Below are positions 12,975-24,559 of a stretch of 64,000 bases of DNA, piece by piece (the first letter of the stretch is position 1; the number at the start of each line of letters is the position of its first letter). The translations under genes and the position numbers were made by a program. Source of the DNA: Eledone cirrhosa (Eukaryota); contig OZ024744.1 in NCBI GenBank assembly GCA_964016885.1, positions 55,242,001 to 55,306,000 of the forward strand, written 5' to 3'. The notes beneath the pieces are model-generated. The model made no database searches, was not told the origin of the DNA, and saw only the letters and a list, made by a program, of their open reading frames with translations.

Positions 12975-13399
12975 TGTGTATACATTATTATTCGCTTATT
13001 TTCCCCAAAGTATATTTCAGCTATATTCGAAATAAACCACGCTGTATATCCCTTCCCCCCTCCAATTCTATACATATTCGAACTCATCCCAATCAATCTA
13101 TCATTTAGTCGGTGACTTGTCGAATATGCCTACTTGTTTCTGCTTATTTCCCCCAAAATTCAGTGGCGATATACTCCATGATGGCTACCTATCTCATAAT
13201 TTCTCTCCCGCCCACCTCCACCATAGACTCTTTGACTAATCAAACTACAGCAACTATCCTCACCATTTACCTGCGCCAACAAATTCTGCCATTACTACTA
13301 TCTTTTCTATCCCAGCCCAAAAGAAATTCTTGTTTATTGTTATCTATGGATGAGTTGAGGATGATGGAACAACCACGAATAAATAAATGAATATGAATC

Positions 13400-16300
13400 C
13401 ACGAGTTACCAAGCATTCATGCGAAGCTATAATTCACAGACAGGTAGCATACACACTTCCCCGCAAAAATTCACCCTATCCCACCAGTGATGGCAAATGC
13501 CCAAAACGCTGAGTTGGAACCATCAATGTGAGCACAATGAAAGGAAGAGCAGGAGAAATCGTAGAGATGTTAAAGCGAAAGGAAAGTGATGTATGCTGTG
13601 TGCAAGAGACTAGATGAAGAGGAAAGTCTGCTAGAGTCCTTGTAGGCAAAAATCAGTGCTACAAATTTTTCTGGGTGGGAAATGACAACGGGTTGGGTGG
13701 TGTAAGTATACTATTAGCTGACAAGTGGGTAGATAAAGTAATCTCAGTGAACAGGGTGAACGCAAGAATCATTAAACTCAGACAAGTCCTGAATAAAACA
13801 ATTGCTACAAAAGCTTACACATCCCAATCTAGGTTGCCAGATGAACTTAAGGATAGGTTTTACGAGTCCTTAATGCACACTACTGCCCTAACAAACAACA
13901 ATGACTTCCTAATCATTGCAGGCGACTTTAACGGACACATTGGGAAACACTGTGACGGCTTCTATAGAGTCCATGGAGGCCACGGGTTTGGCACAAGAAA
14001 TGAAGCCTTCAGGCTTCTAGAATTGTGATGCCAATTGGCTTGTCGATATGTAACACAAACTTAAAAAAACTCGACGACCACCATCTGATCACCTATAGAT
14101 CAGGAGAGCATTCTAGTAAGATTTTATCAGAGGACAAGATAGATGGACAGTTGTAAACACAAAAGCCTTCCCTGGTGAATAATATACCCCCCAACATAAC
14201 TTAGTTGTCAACGACTTCATTGTCAGAACTAGAGGAACTTTGAAACAGAAGGCAACCTGGAGAAGAAAGATCTGGAAGCTGAAAGACTCCTCAGCCAGTA
14301 ACAGATTTAGAGATATTTTACTTGACAGACATTCAATAGAGAAGAGCATTGGGAGTTCCTAAAAAATAACTTATTAAAAGGCGACAGACAAGATCTGGGG
14401 TTGGAACAAGACTGTAGGGAGAAGGAGAGTGACTTGGTGTTGGAACAATAAGGTAGATGAGACAAAGTTAAAAGACAGGCATGGAAACAATGGAAGAACG
14501 GGGCAAGCAGGGTACATTAAATAGAGACCAGGAGGGAAGCTAGACAACAAGTATATTAAGCTAGAAGGGAAGCGAGGGAAAAAAAATTCAAGCATGTTTT
14601 GCAACGCGAGGACCAGAAACAGAATTCTCTCTAACACACTGCCTCACAATCCTGAACACCTGATATCATTTGTGAGAAGTGTGTCCGGAATGATGAAGGT
14701 GAACTTGCCCTCACAAGTGCCGAGAAGAAAGCTGCATGGAAGTGTCATTATGAAAGATAACTGAATGAGGAGAATGCATGGGAGAAAGAGACCCTATCCC
14801 AAGTGGAGCCTGTAGAGGACCCAGCAATACAACTCAGCAGCAGTGTAGTAAGTAAGGCAATTAAAGATATGAAGACTGGGAAGGCAACTGGTCAATCGGG
14901 TATAGCTACCGAGATGCTGAAAGCATCTGGGTCAGTAGGTCACACCATAACCACACGTATTAACCAGATAATACTAGAGGAGTCATACCAAAGGAACAGC
15001 AGCATCATTGTCAACTGCTTACAAGCATAAAGGTGATGGACTAGATAGCGGAAACTATAGAGGTATAAAGCTGATGGACCAGGCCATGAAAGTAAAGGAA
15101 AGAGTTATAGCACATTTGATTAGGGACCAGGTAAAACGAGATGAGATGCAATTTGGGTTTGTGCCAGAAAAAGGCACCACTGATGCCTTCTTCCTTGTGA
15201 GGCAGTTACAGGAAAAGTAAGCCGCTCTACCTGGCATTTGTTGATCTGGTAAAAGCCTTCAACAGAGTCCCCCATGCTATAATCTGGTGGGATCTTAGAA
15301 AACTAGGAGTAGATGAATGGCTTGTGAAGGTAGTACAAGCCATGTATAGGAGAGCAGTCAAAGTTAGGGTTAACAATGGCTATAGCGAGGAACTTAGTAT
15401 ACAGGTTGGCGTCTACCAGTGCTCTGTTCTTAGCCATCTCTTGTTCATTATAGTATTGCAGGCATGGGAACATCTGAAAAGAATGATCTTACACTTTTAG
15501 TTGAATCTACAGTGGAACTAGAGATGAAATTTCAAACATAGAAGAAGAGCCTAGAAAGAAGGGATCTCAAAGTCAACCTGACAAAGACTAATGTCCCTGT
15601 AAGTAGACAAGAAAACAGAACCCAGATCTCATCAGGGAAATGGCCTTGCTCAATATGTAGGAAAGGTATAGGTAGAAATTCCATCCTCTGCCCCAAATGC
15701 AACTATGGGTACACAAGAGATGTAGTGGGATCAGGAAGTTTAGTTAAGAATGTAGGCTTTACATGTAGCAGTTGCACCAGGACAGTAAGCAGCAAACAAG
15801 CGCTACCAAATTCTGGGAGGGCTTGGTAGAAAGACAGTTTCTGCTACCTAGGTGACCAAATTAGCAGCGGAGGTGGGTGTTCTGAAAGTACAGTAACCAG
15901 GGTAAGAACGGGATGAAAGAAGTTCGCGGAGCTACTACCACTGCTAGATACAAAAAGACATTTCCCTCAAAATGAAAGGCAGATTGTATGATGCGTGCAT
16001 AAGAACAGTAATGTTACATTATAGTGAGACCTGGGCCTTGTGTTCAGAAGACTTGCATAGATTAGAAAGAAATGAAGCTTGCATGCTCCGATTGATGTGT
16101 AATAGTAATATACAAGAACGGCAAAGTGTAAACGATTTGAGAGAGAGAGACTAAGCATAAGAGGAATCAAATGTGTGCAGGTGAGGAGATTGCATTGGTA
16201 TGGACATGTGATGCATATGAAGAATGACAGCTGCATAAAAAGGTGCAGAACACTAGAAGTCGATGGAAGCTTTGCAGTGGGGAGACCCAAGAAGACTTGG

Positions 16301-17054
16301 GATGAGGTGATAAAAGCTGACCTTGCCAATTGCACCTCTCAAAGGCAATGACACAGGAGCGAGATCTCTAGCGTTACACAGTAATACAGAAGACCCGACT
16401 TTCCACAGGTACAAGCCAAAGCTGAAGCATATAGACAGTATGGCCCCACCTCCCTCCAACTGTAAAGTAGTTGTGTAGGTGTCATGATAAAAAAAAGCAC
16501 CCAATACACACTGTAAAGTGGTCGTGTAGGTGCCACAGTAAAAAGCACCCAGTACTCACTGTAAAGTGGTTGTGTAGGCGCCACAGTAAAAAGCACCCAG
16601 TACACACTGTAAAGTGGTCGTGTAGGCGCCACAGTAAAAAGCACCCAGTACTCACTGTAAAGTGGTCATGTAGGCGCCACAGTAAAAAGCACCCAGTACT
16701 CACTGTAAAGTGGTTGTGTAGGCGCCACAGTAAAAAGCACCCAGTACACACTGTAAAGTGGTCGTGTAGGCGCCACAGTAAAAAGCACCCAGTACTCACT
16801 GTAAAGTGGTCATGTAGGCGCCACAGTAAAAAGCACCCAGTACTCACTGTAAAGTGGTCATGTAGGCGCCACAGTAAAAAGCACCCAGTACTCACTGTAA
16901 ATGAGGGTGTTAGGAAGGACATCCAGCTGTAGAATTCAAGCCAAAATCTGTTCTGTATGAGCAAGACATGGTCACCTGACCTGGCATTACCCACAATAGG
17001 ACAAACCGTCTAACCCATGCTAGCGTGGAAGAATGGACGTAAAACGGTGATGAT
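13400..17054 (+). mobile_element. Near full-length but inactivated RTE LINE (family A): APE endonuclease, RT, 3' UTR array
   Basis: RVGTINVSTMKGR...VCCVQETR, IAGDFNGH, NYRGIKL, QFGFVP.KGTTDA, GRLYDAC, (GAT)n end; many stops and frameshifts. Confidence 0.93.
16460..16902 (+). repeat. 48-bp tandem array (8 near-identical units plus 1 diverged) in RTE 3' UTR
   Basis: Unit CTGTAAAGTGGTYRTGTAGGCGCCACAGTAAAAAGCACCCAGTACWCA, starts at 16511, 16559, 16607, 16655, 16703, 16751, 16799, 16847. Confidence 0.95.
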
Positions 17055-17619
17055 ACATATATACATACACACACAGATATACATACATATACATATGCAT
17101 ATGATGGCTCCAAACTATGCTGAGAGTATTGCAATCGCTTGTCAGATTACAGAAAATGCTGCACTTTTAGGCTACGGCCAGCTACACAAACCTGTAACAG
17201 ATCCTGAACAAGCAATGCCCGTGCTTTGAAGATTTTTTAAGTGGTGAAAGGCTTTGCACTCAACTAATCCCACTCTGAGCATCGAAAACACTACCCGAAA
17301 AGGAGAACTGGTCAACATCATTGGATGCTTCTGAAGCCAGAGGTTTTTTTCAGAGTTTCCCTCTCTAAGAAAGGTGTTGTTTGTGACAACTGGGGTCTTT
17401 CACTCCCATGTAAAAAAAAAAAAAAAAGGTACTATTTGGATGGCTGTTGGCTCTGCTGAATTCCTCTGTCTTTTGCCGGGTCTTGTATTTCATCCCACAG
17501 GGTGTCCAAATATCACCCTCCTCACGAAGCAAGCTTGCTGGGGTTGTCAGTTTAGTTGCCGACAACCTGGCCACTCGGGAGCGACCTGACATATACATAC
17601 ATACAATCATATACACACA

Positions 17620-17762
17620 ACATCATCATTTTACGTCCGCTTTTCCCTGCTTGCAAGGGTTGGACGGGTCCTATTCAGCACAGCATCTCTCCACTTGTCA
17701 CGGTCCTTCATCTCCTCGGTGAGTTTCAGCGATCTGAGGTCTACTCTCACCACCTCCGCCCA
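17620..17762 (-). mobile_element. RTE family B terminal fragment
   Basis: Matches 9190-9330 and 35585-35710. Confidence 0.85.
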
Positions 17763-17884
17763 TACATATATATATACATATAACAAGGGCAGTGCCCCAA
17801 CATGGCATCAGCCAGAACAGGTAAAAGAGTAAAAGATATACATATATATATACATACATACATACAAATATATATATATATAGT

Positions 17885-18870
17885 GGATGAGGAGAATGCA
17901 TGAGAGAAAGAGCCCACCCTAAGTGGACCCAGCCATACAAGTCCACAGCAGTGTAGTAAGGCAATTGTGGATATGAAGACTGAAAGCAGCCATTCCATAA
18001 AGGATAGATGCCAAGATGCTGAAAGCATATGGGTTGGTGGGTCACACCTTAACCACATGTATTGTAAACCAAATAATTCGTACAGCAGCATCATTGTCAA
18101 TTGATACAAGACTAAAGGAGATGCACCAGATAGAGGAAACTATAGAGGTATAAAGCTGATGGACCAGGTCATAAAAGTAATGGAAAGAGTTATCGCACAG
18201 CTAATTAGGAACCAAATTAACCTAGATGAGATTCAGTTTGGATTAATACCAGTTAAAAGTACCACAGATGCCCACTTCCTTGTGAAGTAACTACAAGAGA
18301 AGTACCTAGCTAAAATTATACCTCTCTACTAGGCATTTCTTGACCTGGAGAAAGCTTTCGACAATCTGCCATTCCATTATCTAGTGGGCTCTTAGAAAAC
18401 TATGAGTAGACGAGTGGCCTTATGAGGCCAGTAGAAGCCATGTATAGAGGAAGAGTCAGCAAGGTTTGAATTAACATGACTATAGCGAAGAATTTAGCAT
18501 GCATAGTGTCATGCTTCGATGTATGTGTAATACTAATATACATGAATGACAAAGCATAAATGAATTGAGCAAGAAACTGGGTATAAGAGGGATCAGATTG
18601 CAGTGGTGTGGACATGTGTATAAAAAGGTGCAGGGCGCTCAAAGTTGATGGTAGCTATGCAGTAGAAGACTTGGGATGAAGTGATAAATGCTGACGTTGC
18701 ACAATTACACTTCTCAAAAGCAATGACACATGACCAAGATCTCTGGCATTATGCAACAATACAGATGACCCACCTTTCCATGTGCACAGGTTGAAGCATA
18801 CATCTACTATGCTCAACTTTCCCTTACCCCCTTCCATACACCTCCCATGTCCTAACGCCCAATCCTTCAC
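17885..18870 (+). mobile_element. Decayed, internally deleted RTE LINE
   Basis: GNYRGIKLMDQV, DLEKAFD and ORF-end sequence homologous to 14770-16420. Confidence 0.8.
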
Positions 18871-19019
18871 CCACCCCCGAGTTCACACATATTGACACCT
18901 CTTGAAAAGTTGTCAATAAATACCCGATTGTGGGCATGTAAAAGGTTCTTAAGACCATCCCCAGAGCTGCAAGTTTCTTCACAAATAACACAAAATGGAT
19001 ATTGTGGCCCTGATCATGT

Positions 19020-19270
19020 CAATTACAACGTATGGTCAGACCACTTCGAGAATAACAGATTTTTCCACAGACATGACAAATATAATTATCTGCCCTCCGC
19101 GGTAAAAGATCAACAGTCAGCCTGTGTCTCACCAACCACATGCGATTTTTGGTGATTAACAAGACCAGCTCCAGAAAGCAGTATTCTTTCATACATATTA
19201 ACACCTAAATGTTTACTTTCTTTTGTAAGGACCTTTTGAACTCCGCATGTTTGATGAGTTTTCCTCAAAC
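19020..19270 (-). mobile_element. Old RTE (BovB-like) C-terminal fragment
   Basis: YICHVCGKICYSRSGL resembles the C-terminal CxxC...SRIGL zinc finger of BovB-like RTEs. Confidence 0.5.
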
Positions 19271-19544
19271 TTCTTGCAACACACACACATATATATATAT
19301 AGAAAATTTCAGGAAAGACATTTTTTTCCATAAGCTTTCAAAACTTTGTCTCCTTTGAAAGACCTTATATCTACAAGCACCTTCACCACTCCTGGAAGAC
19401 CGCCTCCCAGTCTTTCTGTAGTCCCATCAGAAAATTTGCTGGTGTCTCTTTCAGCCCTGGTGTTGACTTGAATCTTATTCCCCCAAGGCTGTCTTTCAGG
19501 GTTGTAGGGTGGGTGTTGTACCACTTTCATTCCCTGTTGGTCAT

Positions 19545-20400
19545 CCAAGTGATCACCAGCATTGACTTGTGGAATGGAGTATTGCTCTGGTGGTAATACC
19601 ACTCTCCACTGTTGTGGCTTCTTTTTCATCCTCTCCCTGTGAATCTGTCAGAACTTCAAGGTAATACTCCTTATTAACGGTTTGGTTTTCAGGAACCCAT
19701 CTAACATGAATTAGCCCTTGGGAGTCGAAGAAAGAAATGACCCTGGCCTTCTCTTGCATTGTGCTCATCTTTGCCTTCTTGGCTTGGGGGAGACATGTAC
19801 TTCCACAGGGCACTCTGCTGTTTGCTCTTAGGGTCATAGGTGAATACCCAACTCTTGGTACAAATCACTACTAATTTAAGGAAATCAGAATCAGCTTCTA
19901 TCACTGAGAATGTCAGTGCAATATTCCATCTGAAACTGCCTCTGGTCATCAGAGAGGATCTTTGGCAAGAACTTGGGACAGACTTTGTGGTGCTCCAGAT
20001 GTTTGGTCAGAATTGTCTCCAATGTGTCAATATTTATACCAACAGCTTCAGATATCCTCACAGTAGCTCAATGACCTTGCATCACTAACCTTTGCACTTA
20101 ATGTTTTCCTCTTTTTGTACACTGTTTGGTGCTTCAAATATGCGTTCATCTTCAACCTGTTCGTTTCCTTAAAAAAAAAATCATCTAAACCATCTGTAGA
20201 AAGTTGCTTTCCTCATCAATTCCCTCCCAAAGGCCTCACCTAACATTCCATAGGTTTCTTGTTTGTTTTTTAAAAAAAGCTTAATACAAAATTTGATGGC
20301 GTAACATTGCTCCATGTTTCCCTGCACCTTGCTATTGTTGAGAGATTGGTGAATTGGATCACACTGGTTCCACCACATACACTGCTGAATTCCAACCTAA
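19545..20400 (-). mobile_element. Mariner transposase remnant (3' truncated, frameshifted)
   Basis: MEQCYAIKFCIKL...ETYGML.EAFG...TFYRWFR (HTH); DFLKLVV...SWVFTYDPKSKQQS..W; FFDSQGLIH...VPENQTVNKEYYLEVL. TIRs not identified. Confidence 0.88.
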
Positions 20401-20534
20401 GCAAATAGGTCACTTTATGCATTATATTTAAGTCTACTTCATTACAAAGTAACATTCTAATTGAATTATATATAATATATCCCTTGAAATGTTCCCATTA
20501 TCTATAGAACATATAGATAGATATACATACACAC

Positions 20535-21225
20535 AGTGCTGCAGAAGAACTGCCTTCCCATGTGCACAGGATGAAACAAATATGTAGAGGACACTACTAG
20601 GCAGCAACCCCCCCCCCCCCCCAAATCTTAATACCCCACTTCCACCAGCTTAATATCCTTTTCACCTCATCCATGTCCAACTTTCACCTTTCTCACTCCT
20701 GATAACCCTCTTTTGTCTAACCCATGCATACAAGCATGGAAAGCTGGACACTCCACATTTGCTCTCATGTTGCTGTGGCTACGACAAAAAAAAAACAAAC
20801 AAAAACATTAAGCCCAACCCGTATGGTGATCTGGTGACAACAACAAAACTACTCAGCCCACCTTGTATAATGATTGTGTTGGTTACATGAAAAAAAAAAA
20901 AAAAAAAAAAAAAAAACACCCAGTCTACATTGTGTAGGAATCATGACAAAAAGCACCTAGTCCCCAGTTGACACTGTAAAGGGTTTGTTTTGTTGTCATG
21001 ACAAAAACATCCAGCCCACACTGTAAAATTATTGTTTTAGTGCCACAACAAAAAGTACCCAGTCAACATAGTAAATGTGGTTGGCATTAGGATGGGCAAC
21101 CAGTTGTAGAAACCAAGCCAGAAACAGTTCTGTATGAGTAAGATACGGTCCCCTGACCTGACTTGTCTCAAATGGCACAACCCGTCTAACACATGCTAGC
21201 ATGGAAAATAGATGTTAAATGATGG
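20535..21225 (+). mobile_element. RTE 3' UTR (older subfamily) with diverged 48-bp-type units
   Basis: ORF-end motif, C-rich tract, several CACCCAG...CTGTAAA units, common terminus. Confidence 0.75.
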
Positions 21226-21859
21226 CACACACACACACACACACATATATACACATACAAATATATGTGCACACATATACATACACACATTTATGTTCAT
21301 ACATGGAACAATTATGCTCTATAAATATTTACAGAAGATGTACGATGTTTAAGTACAGAAAATAACTAATTTTAGTCTGTTGCTGTAAAATAGCTTATAA
21401 AAATCAGGTAAGGACTCCTAGAGACGGTAAAATATTGCCAGCAGCTATTATGAAGAATCAAATACTATCTCTCAGATGCGTGCTCACCCCATTGAGGTAA
21501 GGGACCTCTGAGAACATCTCACCATATAAATTAAGGAGCTGAATCAAACAGCTTTTGAAAATGTAAATACACATCATGTGTGAAGCTCAAATTTTTAAAC
21601 TTATGAAGTGCTGAGGAAATGAATTTATAGATGTAGGATGTTCAAGAGCAGAAAATAGCTGCAATTACAATCAGTTGCTATAAAATAGCTTATAAAAATC
21701 GGGTAAAGACCCCTAGAGACAAAAATGTTGTCAGAAATCTTACATTTATAAATTTATTTTCTCAGCGTTTTGTAAATTCAAAATTTGAGCTTCACACATG
21801 ATGTTTATTCTGCATGCAAAGAGGCTGACAGAAGATTTGCCACTATCTAGCAACGCAAA

Positions 21860-23350
21860 GTTCAGAAGTGTTCTGCATCACAACTCAATGTGAATCAGGA
21901 AAGTGTTGGGGTAAAAATAAAAGGCTTGGAAATGCTAATGAATGTAGAGAATGGGTGGGATGAAGAGAAGCTACCTCCAACTAACCCAACAGCAAGACTA
22001 GCTATTGAAATTGACAGTCAAAGAAGAGATCAAGGAGATGAAAAATGGTAAAACCATCAGAAATAGTTGCCGAGATGCTGAAAGCATTTAGGGAAGTAGC
22101 TGAACTAGTCATCCTCAGAGTCAATCAGATAACACAGGATAGAGTCACACCCAATGACTGGTGTAGAAATATACTCAGAAATATACAAGCGAAAAGGTGA
22201 TCTACAAAGGAATAAAACTAATAGACCAAGTCATGAAAGTGACAGAAATAATAGAATTAGATGAGGGACAGTTTGGTTTGTACCAGGAGGAGCACCACAG
22301 ATGCCCTTTTTTTTTTTTAGAGATCTGCAAGAGAAATTCCTAGGTAAACTACCATATTCAGCTTTTGATGATCTGGAGAAGGCCTTTGACAGAGTACTAT
22401 GATCTGTGATCTGGTGGTACTTACAGAAACGAGATGTAGAAAAGTGGCTTGTGAGAACTGTGCAAGCAATGTACAGAGAAGCAGTCAGTAAAGTGAGAGT
22501 AGGAAGTGAATTTAGCTAGCAATATATCAGGGCTCAGCACTTAATCCACTCCCGTTAATTATAGTTCTCTAGGCCATAAGAGAGGAGTTTAAGGCTGGCT
22601 GTCCATGGGAACTTCTCTATGCTGATAATGTGGTCGTCATAGCTGAATACATGAGATGAACTAGAGAATAAATTCTGGTTGTGAAAACAACCTAGAATCA
22701 AAATCCAAAGTGCTAGAGACCTGATCCCATCACGGGTCAGTGATATAAACTTTTTCCAATCTCAGCTAGGATCCACAGAACTGGTTGATAGCTTCTGTTA
22801 TCTGGGTGATCTAATTAGCAGTGGTGGAGGGTGCTTGGAGAACATACTAGCTAGAATAAGGATAGGATGGAAGAAGTTTAGGAAGCTCTATCTCTGTTGA
22901 TAAATGAAAGGTAAACAGTATGATGCTTGTATGTGATGCTGCATGGTAGTATGACATAGGCAGTGACTGCAGAGGATATGTGATGGCTGGAGAGAACTGA
23001 AGTAAATATGCTTTGATTGGTATGTAATGTTAATGGGTATTAATGACAGTGTGGATGAACTATGAAAGAAACTGAGTATAAGAGAAATCAGATGTAATGT
23101 ACAAGAGAGAAGACTGTGCTGGTATGGACACATGATGCACATGGATTATGACTGTTGGGTGAAGAAATGCCAAGAGTTCCTAGTGTGAAGAAATTGAAGA
23201 AGAGGAAGATCAAAGAAGACCTGGGCAGAGATGGTGAGAACTGATATCGAAGCTCACAGAAGAGATGATGAAGGGACACGAAGAGTGGAGAAACACTGTG
23301 CTGAAGAAGACCCATCCAACCCATTCAAGCATGGAAAGCGGATGTAAAAT
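21860..23350 (+). mobile_element. Decayed RTE LINE (family B-like)
   Basis: DLEKAFDRV, GCPWELLYADN, DSFCYLGD, short terminus ACCCATCCAACCCATTCAAGCATGGAAAGCGGATGTAAAATGA. Confidence 0.82.
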
Positions 23351-23769
23351 GAAGGTGAGAAAATATTGGAGAAAATGTCACCTTTGGATCATTCACATTT
23401 CAGTCTCGGATGAAAAATCTTGTGCTTATTTTATCCAGTTCTCTATGCTTCGAGTTCAAATTCCAAGGGCAACTTTGCTCTTTATTGTTTCAGGGATCAA
23501 TAAATAAAGTGTCAAATGACCCAGTTCCCCTCAATGATCGGGTATGACCATGTGGTTAAGGAGTTTGCTTTGTAACAATTTAATTTCAGTTCACTTCCAT
23601 TGCATGGCACCTTGGGTTAAAATTCAAGTGAAATTTGTCAGAAGCCTGCTGTATATATCCTCATCATCATTTATTGTCTGCCTTCTTTGCTAGCAAGGGT
23701 TGGGCAGGTATTCCCAGACTGAGTCAGTACTCAAGTAGAGCTACTGACTTCTCAGATTATATATCAGAG

Positions 23770-24270
23770 GTATTTAAGACAGGTTGTCCATAGGAACTTC
23801 TGTATGATTTGGTTCTTATAGCTGAATCCACAGAACTGCAGAACAAATTCCAGCTGCGTTAATAGAACTTAGAATCAAAAAGGCTGAGAGTAAACTTAAC
23901 AAAAACCAAAGTGTTAAGTAGGAAAGAAGACAGGCCCTGATCCCATAAGGGAAATGACCTTGCTCAATATGTAGAAAAGGCAGAGATAGAAACTAGGTAC
24001 ACATTGCAAATCCTGGGTAGATGAGAGATGCAGTTAGAGAAGAGGCAGACTAATAGGAAAGGAAGACTAATACATACTCAAGGAAAATTAATAGTAAGAG
24101 TATCAGTGATATACACCTTTTTCAATCCCAGGTAGGATCCATAGAAGCGGTTGATAGCTTCTGCTATCTAGGTGACTAAATTAATAGTGGAAGTGAGTGC
24201 TAGAATAAGAATGGGATGGAAGAAGTTTAGAGAACAATTACCTTTGTTAACAACAAAAGTATTCTCTTTA
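23770..24270 (+). mobile_element. RTE family B-like fragment, left part of an element resuming at about 27998
   Basis: GCP.ELL through GWKKFREQLPLLTTK; the colinear continuation (AEDM.RL) lies at 27998-28370. Confidence 0.75.
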
Positions 24271-24372
24271 TAATAAATAATAATAATTGTTTCTACTTTT
24301 GGCACAAGGCCAGCAATTACCCAGTTGATTACTGGTACTTTATTTTATCGACCCGGTAAGGATGAAAGACAA
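24270..24372 (-). mobile_element. SINE 3' half (family of 40866-41050)
   Basis: Reverse complement of GGGTCGATAAAATAAAGTACCAG...GCTGGCCTTGTGCC...GAAACAATTATT. Confidence 0.8.
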
Positions 24373-24559
24373 ATATATCAAAACCTCATAGCTTTGATAA
24401 TAATAATAATAATAATGAAATATTGTGTACAGTGCTCAGGTGCACTACAACTCATCAAAAAGTGTATGTATAGTACATAGGGTAATGTATAAATGTCAGG
24501 AAAATGAACAGTGCATGAGTCATGATATACATGTGTGCATGTGTATGGAAGGGGTACAT

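Noticed and set aside
16460-16902. CRISPR-like array, or a 153/170-aa repeat protein
   Set aside because: Units are contiguous with no unique spacers, there are no cas genes, and the context is a eukaryotic LINE 3' UTR; the ORFs arise because 48 is a multiple of 3.
13400-17054. Active autonomous RTE
   Set aside because: Multiple stops and frameshifts, and a damaged YADD region.
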